From positions 150,062 to 214,061 of the forward strand of contig JAPLVF010000013.1 of the NCBI GenBank assembly GCA_026397255.1: DNA of 64,000 bases. Reading direction: 5' to 3'. The translations under genes and the position numbers were made by a program. Below are positions 27,326 to 37,296 of the stretch, in pieces; the stretch's first letter is position 1; every line of letters starts with the position of its first letter. Source of the stretch: Candidatus Beckwithbacteria bacterium (GTDB lineage: Bacteria; Patescibacteriota; Microgenomatia; UBA1400; CG1-02-47-37). The notes beneath the pieces were generated by a model. It was given only the letters and a program-made list of their open reading frames with translations. It was not told the DNA's origin and ran no database searches.

Positions 27326-27350
27326 CTATCACACACCGGGTGTGTGATTA
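27326..27350. repeat. REP-like palindrome subtype II (copy 4)
   Basis: ctatcacacaccgggtgtgtgatta, identical in its core to copy 3. It provides the terminal NHTPGV plus stop of ORF 27329..27904. Confidence 0.8.
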
Positions 27351-27904
27351 CTCAATAGCTGATGGGGAAAACACTCTTTTATTACCGCTTCTACGATTGC
27401 TTTTCGAACTGATCCATCAGGGATATTAAACCACCTAATGTTAAGACTTCTATTACGTTCCCATAGTATTTCCGATGCTCTGGCTATGGCAAATAATTCC
27501 GGACTAACATCTGTATATAATGAACGGCACTCAGATTTCGCTGCCAACTCATCAAGTTCAAAGGCTATCTCAAGCCTATGGCAAATTTGTTCAATTTCTT
27601 CATTTTTTAAATGATTAAATAATTTATTTCTAGAGGGGTTGTTGATAATAGCTTCGGAAATCTTACCAGGAGCGTCTCCTTCAATATCAGCATTTGCTTG
27701 TTGAGCCGCACTAAATCCTAATAAGCCTATTAAATGGGGATCATCAGTCACAATTCCAGGCAAACTTGGTTTAAAAGTTTCATCGTGGATCGCCTGCCGG
27801 TTAAATTTTCCCCAAAAGAAGGCTGTAGCTAATAGTATTACTTCTTTGTCATGAGGAGAGATATTTTTGAGGAACTCAGAAGGCCGAATCAATTCTTTTC
27901 CCAT
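27329..27904 (-). CDS. Hypothetical protein
   Basis: 191 aa with no recognisable domain and AT-rich codon usage. The C-terminal HTPGV and stop are read from the REP palindrome. Confidence 0.4.
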   Translation of the reverse strand: MGKELIRPSEFLKNISPHDKEVILLATAFFWGKFNRQAIHDETFKPSLPGIVTDDPHLIGLLGFSAAQQANADIEGDAPGKISEAIINNPSRNKLFNHLKNEEIEQICHRLEIAFELDELAAKSECRSLYTDVSPELFAIARASEILWERNRSLNIRWFNIPDGSVRKAIVEAVIKECFPHQLLSNHTPGV

Positions 27905-27960
27905 GAGTACATTATATCAAAAAAACTATAGGTTAGGCGGAGGGTGAGCATTCGCTAGAC

Positions 27961-28731
27961 CTACTGGAGCAAAATAAAAAACACCAAAGCCAAGAGAATC
28001 CGATAAATACCGAAACCGATAAAAGAGTGCCGGGAAACAAAATTAATCAGCCATTTAACGGTGAAAAGCGCGGAAATAAAAGCGCCGATAAAACCAATCA
28101 AAATTAATAAATATTCGTGAGAAGTAAAAGCCAACCGGGTTTTAATAAGATCAAGTCCGGCGGCGGCGGCCATTGTAGGAATTGCCAAAAGGAAAGAAAA
28201 TTCCGTGGCCGCTTGCCTGGTCAAGCCCAAACCCATACCGCCGAAAATTGTCGCGGCCGCCCGAGAAACGCCGGGAATAACGGAAATTGACTGAACCAAA
28301 CCAATTGTCCCGCTTTTAACCAGGCTTAACTGATCCATGGTTTTAAGTTGGCGGGGCTTGGCAGCAAATATTTTTTCCAAGACAATTATTAAAACGCCGC
28401 CGATAAAAAGAGACAGAATATCGATCAGCAGATTGCCTAACAGAAAGCTTTTGATAAATTTATATAAAACCAGGCCGATTAGCGCCGTCGGGATAAAAGC
28501 GGCGATAATTTTCGACCAAAGTTTAAAGTTGCGGATAAGCCGGGGAAAATATAAAACTAAAACCGCTAAAATCGCCCCCAACTGAATGACAATGGTAAAG
28601 GTTTTGACAAACTCGGTTGGGGGAATCTGCAACAGCCGACTGGCCAAGATAAGATGGCCGGTTGAGGAAATCGGCAGAAATTCAGAAGTCCCCTCCACCA
28701 GAGAAAGGATAATTACAGCTAAAATTGTCAT
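27961..28731 (-). CDS. uppP: Undecaprenyl-diphosphatase
   Basis: SEFLPISSTGHL motif and 8 TM segments. 256 aa. Confidence 0.85.
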   Translation of the reverse strand: MTILAVIILSLVEGTSEFLPISSTGHLILASRLLQIPPTEFVKTFTIVIQLGAILAVLVLYFPRLIRNFKLWSKIIAAFIPTALIGLVLYKFIKSFLLGNLLIDILSLFIGGVLIIVLEKIFAAKPRQLKTMDQLSLVKSGTIGLVQSISVIPGVSRAAATIFGGMGLGLTRQAATEFSFLLAIPTMAAAAGLDLIKTRLAFTSHEYLLILIGFIGAFISALFTVKWLINFVSRHSFIGFGIYRILLALVFFILLQ

Positions 28732-29415
28732 TTACTTTTTCTTCTTTTTGCCCTGACTGTACCACTCATTAAGCATCTGTGACACCAAATCTTTGGCGCC
28801 CAAACCAATCGCCAAACCTATACCTAAAGAAAGAGTGGTGATCACCCCAATGAATAAAATGTTAATTAAAGACTGGGCAATCCCCAACTCATTAATGCTG
28901 GCGAGAGCGGCTACAATCACTACTAAATAACTGGCTATTTTAGAAAGCATTCGGCTGGTTTTAATATCCACCTGATTAACCGCGCCTTTAATTAAGCTTT
29001 CAACGAGGCCGGCTAAAAAGACACCGACCGTTAAAATTAAAACGGCAGAAATGATTCGAGGCAAATAAGCCAATAAACCATTTAAAACCGTAGAAACGGT
29101 GGTAAGACCAAGAACATTAATTGAGGCAATAAAGAAAACTAGTAAAACGAGCCAGCGGACAATTTCGCCAAAAAAGACTTCGGCTTTAACCCGAACGTCA
29201 GCCTTATTTAAATAAGAACCAATCCCGCTTTTTTGGACCAGTAAATCAAGCTTAATGGCAGAAAGAATTTTGACAACTAAAGCTTTCGCCCATTTGGCCA
29301 AAACTAAGCCGACAAAGAAAATGACTAAAGCCCCAAAAAGACTCGGCAGAAAAGAAAAGAAACCAGTTAAAACATTTGATGCTGCTAAAAGAAGTGCATC
29401 TTGCCATGTATTCAT
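28732..29415 (-). CDS. Membrane protein with conserved TM-helix repeats (MscS-associated TM_helix-like)
   Basis: Repeated LPSLFGALVIFFVGLVLAKWAK-type segments and a C-terminal poly-Lys tail. The start is placed at MNTWQ, which is preceded by a GGGGGTGA RBS; the ORF track begins 14 codons earlier. Confidence 0.45.
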   Translation of the reverse strand: MNTWQDALLLAASNVLTGFFSFLPSLFGALVIFFVGLVLAKWAKALVVKILSAIKLDLLVQKSGIGSYLNKADVRVKAEVFFGEIVRWLVLLVFFIASINVLGLTTVSTVLNGLLAYLPRIISAVLILTVGVFLAGLVESLIKGAVNQVDIKTSRMLSKIASYLVVIVAALASINELGIAQSLINILFIGVITTLSLGIGLAIGLGAKDLVSQMLNEWYSQGKKKKK

Positions 29416-29462
29416 AATAATAATCACCCCCTTTTCCGCCAAAGGCGGAGAGTACAATTTAG

Positions 29463-29484
29463 TTTACCTGGTTTTTGATATAAT
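29463..29484 (+). promoter_or_regulatory. Candidate rnpB promoter (extended -10, TGaTATAAT)
   Basis: tgatataat lies at 29476-29484, 7 nt before the predicted 5' end of the RNase P RNA. Confidence 0.35.
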
Positions 29485-29490
29485 AATCAA

Positions 29491-29854
29491 GCTAGGAAGC
29501 GGGATGACGCCCCACGTCGCTCTCACGAGCTATGCTGGGGAGGAAAGTCCGGACTGCTGGAAGCAGGGTGCTGGGCGAAAGCCTTGGGTCCGCTGGGCAT
29601 GGCCAGCGGACACAGTGAAGCCACAGAGACGAGTAGACCGCCGTCGCGTAAAGCTATGGCGGTCGAAGTGAAACGACCCTGACGCCTACGTTGTCAGGGG
29701 CTTGGGTAATTCTCCCCGCAGCAACTTCCGAACTGGCCGCTTGAGGACGCTTCCCCGAGGCCAAAAGCTTGAAGGCATAGAGAGATGTCATCTATACCCG
29801 TCGTCGCGTAAAGCTATGGCGGGTGAAACAGAATCCGGCTTACAGCTTCCTAGC
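29491..29854 (+). ncRNA. rnpB: RNase P RNA (bacterial type)
   Basis: P1 helix gctaggaagc (29491-29500) pairs with gcttcctagc (29845-29854). Conserved GGAGGAAAGTCCGGACTGC (P4 5' strand) and ACAGAATCCGGCTTA (P4 3' strand) are present, with GTGAAAC in between. A T-tract follows. Confidence 0.8.
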
Positions 29855-29862
29855 GTTTTTTA
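29845..29862 (+). terminator. P1 helix plus T-tract acting as the rnpB terminator
   Basis: gcttcctagcg followed by ttttttaaaaaa. The A/T palindrome could also terminate the convergent ATPase gene. Confidence 0.45.
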
Positions 29863-29869
29863 AAAAATA

Positions 29870-32365
29870 TCAGGAGTTTTCGTAACGGTTAAAAAACCAG
29901 CGCTTCAAAAATTCGGTGGTCATAAAATATAAAAATAAAACCGCGGCAAGCCAGGTCCAAATGGATAAAGAGAGCGAGTGAAACTCAAAAAATTTATGAC
30001 CAAAGATTAAAAGCGGTAAAGCAATCACTAAAAGACAGGAAAGAAGCGTTGAACCGATTAACCAAAAACTGGGCAGGCTTTTATAAAAAGGCAATCTGGT
30101 TCTGATGGCAAAAGTGACAATCATTTCCGATAAAGATGATTCGACAAACCAGGCAGTGCGAAAAATTCCCGGAGGAACTTTCCAGAGGAGAAGCAAGGGT
30201 AAAATTAAGGCTAAATCAAAAAAGGAGCTGATTAAGCCAAAATAAGTCATAAACCGACCAATCATCTTAATATTCCAATGTTTGGGTTTTTTAATAAATT
30301 CCCGATCGACATTATCAGTGGCCACGGTTAAAAGCGGAACATCGCTAATAAAATTATTAAGTAAAATTTGCGAGGGTAAAAGAGGAATAAAATTTAAAAA
30401 CAGCGAGGAAACCGAAACGGTAAACATGTTGCCGAAATTGGCGCTGATGGTATTTAAAATATACTTCATAATATTGGCAAAAGTTTTCCGGCCGGCCTGG
30501 ATTCCCTCAGCTAAAATTTGTAAATCTTTTTTCAATAAAATTATGTCAGCAGCGTCTTTACTAATATCGGTGCCGGTATCGACCGCGATACCCACATCGG
30601 CCGCTTCTAAGGCCGGAGCATCATTAATGCCATCGCCTAAAAAGCCGATAACGCAACCTTTCTGATTTAAACTTTTAACGATTTTATATTTTAATTCCGG
30701 AGTAATCCGGGCAAAAACAGAAAACCTATTAACGGTTGTGGCTAGATCGGCAGCAGACATTTTGGCTAAAAGGTCCCCGGTAATAATGTCGGTTTTATCG
30801 ATAGTTAAACCGACTTGTTTAGCGACAGCATAAGTAATCAGGGGACTGTCACCGCTGATGATTTTGACATCAATTCCTAATTTATTTAATAAAACCAGGG
30901 ATTCTTTAACATGCAGTTTAACCGGATCGGTGAACAACAAGAGGCCGATTAAGGTCATTTTCGTTTCGTCTCTCTGGGAAGAAGTATTGTGATTAAGCTG
31001 TTTTTCCGCGACCGCGATGACCCGAAAGCCGGAATTTTCATAGCCGGCAATTTGGCGATTAGCCTGCTGGCGTTTAGTTGAGGAAAGTTGACTAATACTT
31101 AAAATTGAATCCGGGGCACCTTTAACAATTAATAAGTTGGGCTGGTGATTAATTTTAACTAAGACACTCATCCGCCGGCGGTCAAAATCAAATTCATTTT
31201 CGTCAATCACTTTAAATTCTTTTAATTTTGAAGCAACCAGTTGGGCGGGTTCTGATTCCCGCAAGGCTTGGTCGGTGGAATTAAAACCACTGGTGCAAAC
31301 CAAGGCTTTAGCGACTAAATTTAAGTCTTTCTGACCATCGAGGGTAATAAAGTCTGATAAAGAAAATTTACCTTCGGTTAAAGTGCCGGTTTTGTCCGTG
31401 CAGAGCGTGTCGATATTACCCAAATCCTCAACCGACATTAAACGTTTAACAATCACCTTTTTTTTGGCCATTTGCAAAGCCCCCTGAGATAAAGTGATCG
31501 TCATAATTGCCGGTAACATTTCCGGGGTAATCCCGACTGCCAAGGCTAAAGCAAATAAGAATGAGTTAAAAACGCCTTTGTTTTGCCAAGCATTAACCAC
31601 AAAAACAAAAACTGTCATAACTAAAATCACCCGGAAAAGAAATTGACTAAATTTACGGGTTTGGACTTGGAATTCGGTTTCGGAAGTGTTTTGGCCTAAA
31701 TAAGCGGCAGTTTTACCAAAGAAAGTGTTTTTGCCGGTAGCGACCACCACACCAGTGGCCCGCCCGCCCGCCACGGCCGTTCCCATAAAAACCAGATTGA
31801 TTAAATCCTGAGGTAAAAAATATTTGGCGCTGACCGGGGAAACTTTTTTCACCACGGGAATTGATTCGCCGGTTAAAACCGCTTCGTTAGTTAACAAACT
31901 ATCAAGTTTAATAAGGCGCATATCCGCCGGAACAATATCGCCGATTCTCAACTGAACGATATCCCCGATTACCAGGTTTTGACTGTCTATTTGTTGCCAC
32001 AGGCCGTCACGTAAAACTTTGGCCTTATGAGAAATATATTTTCTTAATTTTTTTAAGGCCTTTTCGGCCCGATATTCCTGAATAAATCCGGAAAAGACGC
32101 TTAAAAAAACTACGCTAATAATCACTAAAGATTCCAAGCGCTCACCTAAAAAGTAAGAAATGAGGGCGGCTAATAAAAGCGCAGTAATCAACCAATTTTG
32201 AAACTGCAAAAGAAGAATCTTTAGTGCCGGCCGAGCCGATTCTTTTTCGACAAGATTAAACCCATTTGTTTTTAAACGACCAGTAATCTGAGAATGAGTT
32301 AACCCTTGCACAGAGCTGTCAACTTGCTTTAAGACAGCTGAAGAACTTAAAGCCCAAAAATTCAT
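29870..32365 (-). CDS. Cation-transporting P-type ATPase (Ca2+/Mg2+-type)
   Basis: Phosphorylation motif CTDKTGTLT, the TGES-like region and GDGINDAPAL. 831 aa with 10 TM segments. Confidence 0.85.
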   Translation of the reverse strand: MNFWALSSSAVLKQVDSSVQGLTHSQITGRLKTNGFNLVEKESARPALKILLLQFQNWLITALLLAALISYFLGERLESLVIISVVFLSVFSGFIQEYRAEKALKKLRKYISHKAKVLRDGLWQQIDSQNLVIGDIVQLRIGDIVPADMRLIKLDSLLTNEAVLTGESIPVVKKVSPVSAKYFLPQDLINLVFMGTAVAGGRATGVVVATGKNTFFGKTAAYLGQNTSETEFQVQTRKFSQFLFRVILVMTVFVFVVNAWQNKGVFNSFLFALALAVGITPEMLPAIMTITLSQGALQMAKKKVIVKRLMSVEDLGNIDTLCTDKTGTLTEGKFSLSDFITLDGQKDLNLVAKALVCTSGFNSTDQALRESEPAQLVASKLKEFKVIDENEFDFDRRRMSVLVKINHQPNLLIVKGAPDSILSISQLSSTKRQQANRQIAGYENSGFRVIAVAEKQLNHNTSSQRDETKMTLIGLLLFTDPVKLHVKESLVLLNKLGIDVKIISGDSPLITYAVAKQVGLTIDKTDIITGDLLAKMSAADLATTVNRFSVFARITPELKYKIVKSLNQKGCVIGFLGDGINDAPALEAADVGIAVDTGTDISKDAADIILLKKDLQILAEGIQAGRKTFANIMKYILNTISANFGNMFTVSVSSLFLNFIPLLPSQILLNNFISDVPLLTVATDNVDREFIKKPKHWNIKMIGRFMTYFGLISSFFDLALILPLLLLWKVPPGIFRTAWFVESSLSEMIVTFAIRTRLPFYKSLPSFWLIGSTLLSCLLVIALPLLIFGHKFFEFHSLSLSIWTWLAAVLFLYFMTTEFLKRWFFNRYENS

Positions 32366-32370
32366 AGGGC

Positions 32371-33351
32371 TTATTTTTTATAATGTTTAAGATAAAGATC
32401 TTTAAAAACAATTTCCATCAGTAAAACGGCGGGAACGGACAAAACTACCCCGGCAAGACCGGCAATTTTAAAGCCAGCCATTAAGGCAAGAATTACCGCT
32501 AAAGGGCTTAAACCAACCGCTTTGGACATTACCCGGGGAACAATTAATTGATTTTCCACCTGCTGAACGACAAAATACAAAGCTAGCGTTGCCAAAGCTA
32601 ATAGCGGTGAAGTGCCAGAGGCAACCAGAATTGCCGGAATGGCCGATAAAGTCGGACCAACAGTAGGAATAACTTCCAATAAACCGGCTAAAAAGGCTAA
32701 GGGAATGGCAAAATTTACCCCTAAAAGAGTTAGGCCAAGATAAGACATTAACCCGACGATCAACATTAAAGTTAATTGGCCGCGAACCCAACCACCCAGT
32801 TTTTTTTCGAGCTTTACAATAAATTCTTCAGCGTGTTCTTCTTTGGCATTGTGGCCAAAAAGAAATAATAAATATTTTTTCATATTTTTGCGTTCCATAA
32901 TCAGGTAATAAACAATGACCAAGAAAGTAAATAAACCGATGATATTATCAAAAACCCCGAGGGCAATTTTAAGAATTTGTTGCGGCAGAGTATTTAGTTG
33001 GGGTTGGAACATGGATAAATCAACTCTTCCCTTAGTGAGTTGATTAAGGTTTTGGGGGAAAAGGGTTAAGAATTTAGAGGTTTGCTCAACTAAAGGCGGG
33101 ATTAAAGAAGCAACGCCAAAAAATATCAAGGCCAAAAATAAAATGTAAAAAAACAGAGTGGCAACAGAACGAGGAATTTTACGTTTTTCTAACTTATCAA
33201 CCAAGGGACTAAGGGCAGACATGAAAATTACAGCGACAAAAAGCAAAAGCAAAAGATAACGAATTCGATATAAAAACCAGGTAAAAATCAGGAAAAAGAC
33301 CGTAAAAATAATCGTCTTATAAGAAATCTCCACTTTATGAGAAGTGTCCAT
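32371..33351 (-). CDS. AI-2E family transporter (PerM/UPF0118)
   Basis: 326 aa with 8 TM segments and the conserved PerM-like topology. Confidence 0.65.
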   Translation of the reverse strand: MDTSHKVEISYKTIIFTVFFLIFTWFLYRIRYLLLLLFVAVIFMSALSPLVDKLEKRKIPRSVATLFFYILFLALIFFGVASLIPPLVEQTSKFLTLFPQNLNQLTKGRVDLSMFQPQLNTLPQQILKIALGVFDNIIGLFTFLVIVYYLIMERKNMKKYLLFLFGHNAKEEHAEEFIVKLEKKLGGWVRGQLTLMLIVGLMSYLGLTLLGVNFAIPLAFLAGLLEVIPTVGPTLSAIPAILVASGTSPLLALATLALYFVVQQVENQLIVPRVMSKAVGLSPLAVILALMAGFKIAGLAGVVLSVPAVLLMEIVFKDLYLKHYKK

Positions 33352-33352
33352 A

Positions 33353-34210
33353 CTATTTTTTAGTATACCAAGCTTTTACCTGTCTAGCTACCAATTTAAA
33401 TAAATCTTTAGCGTCAATGTCAAACCAGCGAATCGCTTTATTTTTCTTAAACCACGTTAGCTGGCGGCGGGCATATTGCTGTTCGGCCACAATCCATTTA
33501 TTAACATCCGGCAGTTGATGATAGCCGATGGCAGACATCGAGGGTAAATTCGACCCATATTGTTTCTTTAGTTTTTGCCATTCCTGAATTGCTCCAGATT
33601 TAATTCTTTGCTCAACCCGCTTTTTAATTCTTTGATCTAATATTTTTTTCTCAGCGGTTAACCCGATCCATAGTAGATTATTCTCTTTAAGGTCCAACCC
33701 TTTGGACAAAAAGGTTGGACCTTTTTGAATAGCAACTTCAATGGCGCGGATCAGACGGCGGGGGTTTAACTGGTCTGAGTGATTCATCTGCATCAACCGT
33801 TTAGGATTAAGTTGCTTTAGTAACTTAAGTAGTTTAGGAATAGAAAAAAAAGATAATTTTTCGCGTAATTTCCAGTTGGGTTTCGCGAAAATTGTTGACG
33901 GGGGCTTGATTAAACTGTCTAAATATAAGCCTGTCCCGCCGACGATAATCGGAAAGCTAATTTGATTAATTAAAGTGCGGGTTAGTTTCACAAAATGGGC
34001 GACGGAAAATTCTTCGTCCGGCTTAACCAAGTCCAGGCCGTGAATTTTCACCCCTTTGGGTTTGTCTTTACCGGTAACAATATCCATCCCCTGGTAAACC
34101 TGACGGGAATCAGCGGAAATCAGTTCACCGGAGAATTGCTTGGCCAACTGGACGGCTAGTTTGGTTTTTCCGGTCGCCGTCGGGCCGCAAATAATTAAAA
34201 TTTTGGTCAT
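33353..34210 (-). CDS. miaA: tRNA dimethylallyltransferase
   Basis: ILIICGPTATGKTKLAVQLA P-loop and ...SADSRQVYQGMDIVTGK. Confidence 0.85.
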   Translation of the reverse strand: MTKILIICGPTATGKTKLAVQLAKQFSGELISADSRQVYQGMDIVTGKDKPKGVKIHGLDLVKPDEEFSVAHFVKLTRTLINQISFPIIVGGTGLYLDSLIKPPSTIFAKPNWKLREKLSFFSIPKLLKLLKQLNPKRLMQMNHSDQLNPRRLIRAIEVAIQKGPTFLSKGLDLKENNLLWIGLTAEKKILDQRIKKRVEQRIKSGAIQEWQKLKKQYGSNLPSMSAIGYHQLPDVNKWIVAEQQYARRQLTWFKKNKAIRWFDIDAKDLFKLVARQVKAWYTKK

Positions 34211-35298
34211 TTAATCACCTTGGGTCTATTTTTAAAATGTTTTAAGTTAATCAGTTTTTCTAAAATCTGCCAACGGCGTTTTTTTTCGGCAGCGGAAACA
34301 TCATCGGGAATTTTTGCGGCAGCTGTTCCCGGCCGGGGCGAATACTGATTAACAAAGGCAATTTGCCAATTAACTTGGTTAGCTAAATTAACCGTGGCTT
34401 GGAAGTCGGCTTCGGTTTCGCCGGGAAAGCCGACAATAATATCCGTTCCCAAAGTCAAACCTTTGACCTTAGTTTTTAATTTTTTAACTAATTTCAAGTA
34501 ATCCTGCCAGGTGTAACCGCGGTTCATGAGTTTTAAAATCCGGTTTGAGCCGGATTGAACCGGCAGATGGACATAACGGTCAATTTTTTTATTTTTGGCA
34601 ATACAGTCAATCAGAGCATCGGAAAAATCCCAAGGATTGGAAGTCATAAACCTGATTAACTTTAATTGATTAAAGCGGCAAACTTTTTCCAAAAGTTGAA
34701 CAAATGGTGGAACATCTTGCCTGGGCTGAGATTTCCTCAAACCAATGCCGACTTTATCCAAACCATAAGAATTAACGTTTTGACCCAAAAGGGTAATTTC
34801 GGTGTAACCTTTTTCCACCAACTGGCGGATTTCGACAAGAATGTCTAATTCAGGACGGGAGGTTTCCCGGCCGCGGGAGTAAGGGACAATACAGTAGGAA
34901 CAAAAGGAGTTGCAACCGTTGCTAATCGGCACCCAGGCGTGATGCTGGTCCCGCCTGATGCTGGCTTGGTTAAAACCGACTTCGTTGATGGGTAAAATTT
35001 CATCAACAGCAGGCAGCATGTCCAATAATTTTTCCTGGCCGTAATGAATCATGCAGCCGGTAAGAATTATTTTTTTCTTGCCTTTATTTTTGGCCAAATT
35101 TAGAAGTAAGCCAATTACCCGATCTTCGGCGGATTTACGGACAGAACAAGTGTTAATGATAATTTCATCAGCTGTTTGAATGTTCTTCGCCGGTTTAAAT
35201 CCCCGCTTTTGGTAATCGCCGGCAATCCGTTCCGAATCGGCCTTATTCATCTGGCAACCGAAAGTATAGATAAAGTAAGTTCTAGTCTTTTTCATCAC
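34207..35298 (-). CDS. miaB: tRNA methylthiotransferase MiaB-like (radical SAM MTTase)
   Basis: MTTase N-domain YIYTFGCQMNKADSE and radical-SAM CNSFCSYCIVP. Directly downstream of miaA. Shorter than canonical MiaB, so the TRAM domain is possibly absent. Confidence 0.7.
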   Translation of the reverse strand: MMKKTRTYFIYTFGCQMNKADSERIAGDYQKRGFKPAKNIQTADEIIINTCSVRKSAEDRVIGLLLNLAKNKGKKKIILTGCMIHYGQEKLLDMLPAVDEILPINEVGFNQASIRRDQHHAWVPISNGCNSFCSYCIVPYSRGRETSRPELDILVEIRQLVEKGYTEITLLGQNVNSYGLDKVGIGLRKSQPRQDVPPFVQLLEKVCRFNQLKLIRFMTSNPWDFSDALIDCIAKNKKIDRYVHLPVQSGSNRILKLMNRGYTWQDYLKLVKKLKTKVKGLTLGTDIIVGFPGETEADFQATVNLANQVNWQIAFVNQYSPRPGTAAAKIPDDVSAAEKKRRWQILEKLINLKHFKNRPKVIK

Positions 35299-36932
35299 GA
35301 GAAGTATTTTAACAGACGAGAGAAGAAAAATAGAGTTAAAGTAAATAATCCAAGACTGACAAGAGAAAGTTTATCGCCTAGCTGGCGGGCGGGAGTGTGT
35401 TCGGTAAAAGTGGAGATAACGGTGTGGGTGCCGGCGGTCAGATTATAGCCAATTAAACCAGGATAGTCCTGACGGTCATAAATAATTTGGGCCGGCTGGC
35501 CATCGACGGTCACTTCCCAACCAGGAAAGTAAGCAGTTTTTTCAAAAACCGGTTGGTCTTTAGGAACAGTAACCGTGTAAAGATGTTTTTGGGTTTGCCA
35601 GACTTGAACGACGCTTTTATCGGCATTAAAAACCCGGTCGGTATTTTGAGCCAATTTAAGAGCTTTGTCAGTCTCAAACCATTGAGGCCGGTACTCATTT
35701 TCAGTGGTAGAGGTAAACGGATATTGGAAATAGCTCATGTCCGGAGCATGAATAAAGCCCTGAGAATGAACATTAAGACCGGCATAAACGATAGCTACCA
35801 AAGCAACTAAAATACTCAAGCGCGGCCAAGCCTTGGCGACAAAGGCAGCTAAAAAAATCACGCTAAGGCTCATAAATAAAAGCAGGCGCCAGGGAAATTG
35901 GGCTTCGTAAATGAAAGGTAAGCGCAACCAAAACCATTGGGAAATGGGCAGGCTTAAAAACATAAAACCGGCAAAGGAAATTAAGAAAAACCAAGCTAAG
36001 TTTTTATTAATTTTCAGGTGACGTTTAAAAATCAGGGCAATAATTAATAAAACAATAATTAACCAATGGCCGGGGCCGAAATTAAAACTTAAACCATCGC
36101 CGGTGCCGGGAAAAGAAAAACCAAAACCCCACTTAGAAAAAAATAACTGTCCTAAAGTAGGAAAATGGTCTAAAAACCGCAATATCGGATGAACGGCTTT
36201 AATAATCGTAAATTGCTGTTCCATGACAAGGGGCAGCCAAAAAAACAAGCTTAAGCCAACGCTGATTAAAAAACTTAAACCAGCGATTAACCACTTCTTC
36301 TTTGACTGGCCCCATAAACTAACAAGGCTAAAGCCTAATAAAAGCGGCAAACCAAAAATAACACTGATGTTGTGACAAAGCAGAAAAGCAACCAGTGAAC
36401 TGGTGGCGAGAAAAAAACTTATACGGCCCGGTTTTTGAATTAACCGCCTTAAAAAAAGCAAGCACAGCGGCACAATCGACCAAACCAATATTTCTCCGGT
36501 CGAGCCGCGGACGAGAAAATTTACCCAAGGGTAAACGGCAGTTAAAGCAAAAACCGAGGCAATAAAAGCCGAGAAACTGCCGAATAATGGCAGTAAGAAA
36601 AAATACCAGGCAATCGGGGCCACCACGGTACTAATCATTAAAATCAGCTTTAAACTCCACTCAATTGATAAGCCTAAAGAGAATAAAGGCCAAGCTAAAA
36701 ATTCGGTTAAATAATAGCTAAAATTGAAAACCGGGTAGCCGTATTGGTAATTTAAACTGCCGGCCCAGCGCGGCGGCAGGTGGTGGTCACGCACGGCCAA
36801 ATAAAGATTGGCCAAACGGGCCAAATGCATTTCACCGTCGTGAGATTGGGGAAAACCGACATTAAACAGGCTGCGCATTAAAAAAACTGACAGGGCAATC
36901 AACACGAAACAAACCAAGAAGTTCTTTTTCAT
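35295..36932 (-). CDS. Large polytopic membrane protein, putative GT-C-type glycosyltransferase (YfhO/PMT-like)
   Basis: 545 aa with many TM helices, an early HDGEMH loop motif and a C-terminal soluble domain. Confidence 0.35.
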   Translation of the reverse strand: MKKNFLVCFVLIALSVFLMRSLFNVGFPQSHDGEMHLARLANLYLAVRDHHLPPRWAGSLNYQYGYPVFNFSYYLTEFLAWPLFSLGLSIEWSLKLILMISTVVAPIAWYFFLLPLFGSFSAFIASVFALTAVYPWVNFLVRGSTGEILVWSIVPLCLLFLRRLIQKPGRISFFLATSSLVAFLLCHNISVIFGLPLLLGFSLVSLWGQSKKKWLIAGLSFLISVGLSLFFWLPLVMEQQFTIIKAVHPILRFLDHFPTLGQLFFSKWGFGFSFPGTGDGLSFNFGPGHWLIIVLLIIALIFKRHLKINKNLAWFFLISFAGFMFLSLPISQWFWLRLPFIYEAQFPWRLLLFMSLSVIFLAAFVAKAWPRLSILVALVAIVYAGLNVHSQGFIHAPDMSYFQYPFTSTTENEYRPQWFETDKALKLAQNTDRVFNADKSVVQVWQTQKHLYTVTVPKDQPVFEKTAYFPGWEVTVDGQPAQIIYDRQDYPGLIGYNLTAGTHTVISTFTEHTPARQLGDKLSLVSLGLFTLTLFFFSRLLKYFS

Positions 36933-36960
36933 GAACCAATTCTAGCACGAAAGAAAGGGT

Positions 36961-37236
36961 TTATTTTTTCACCAAACGCTTGAGGGTTTTGCCGACTAAG
37001 AAGCGAACGACGCGGTGGCTTTTGATGATTAAATCCTGGCCGGTGGCCGGATTGCGGCCTTTTTTATCTTTGACTTTACTGATTTTAAACGTGCCAAAGC
37101 CGGAAAGGACGACTTTTTCGCCCCGATCTATCTGGCGGACAAGTTCGTCTAAAAAAGCATCAATGGCTTCCATGGCCGCTTTTTTAGTTAAATGAGCTTT
37201 TTTAGCAATGATTTCAATAATGTCGGTTTTGGTCAT
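36961..37236 (-). CDS. hup: DNA-binding protein HU
   Basis: 91 aa. MTKTDIIEIIA...GFGTFKISKVKDKKGRNPATGQDLII is the HU/IHF signature. Confidence 0.9.
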   Translation of the reverse strand: MTKTDIIEIIAKKAHLTKKAAMEAIDAFLDELVRQIDRGEKVVLSGFGTFKISKVKDKKGRNPATGQDLIIKSHRVVRFLVGKTLKRLVKK

Positions 37237-37296
37237 ATCGACAATAAATATAACCGCTGTATCAAGCTAAATCAAGAGGCAGTTTAATTGATTAAA

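Noticed and set aside
29255-29671. 138-aa plus-strand ORF
   Set aside because: It overlaps the RNase P RNA gene and the 5' end of the membrane-protein gene on the other strand. It is G/R-rich because of the structured RNA sequence.
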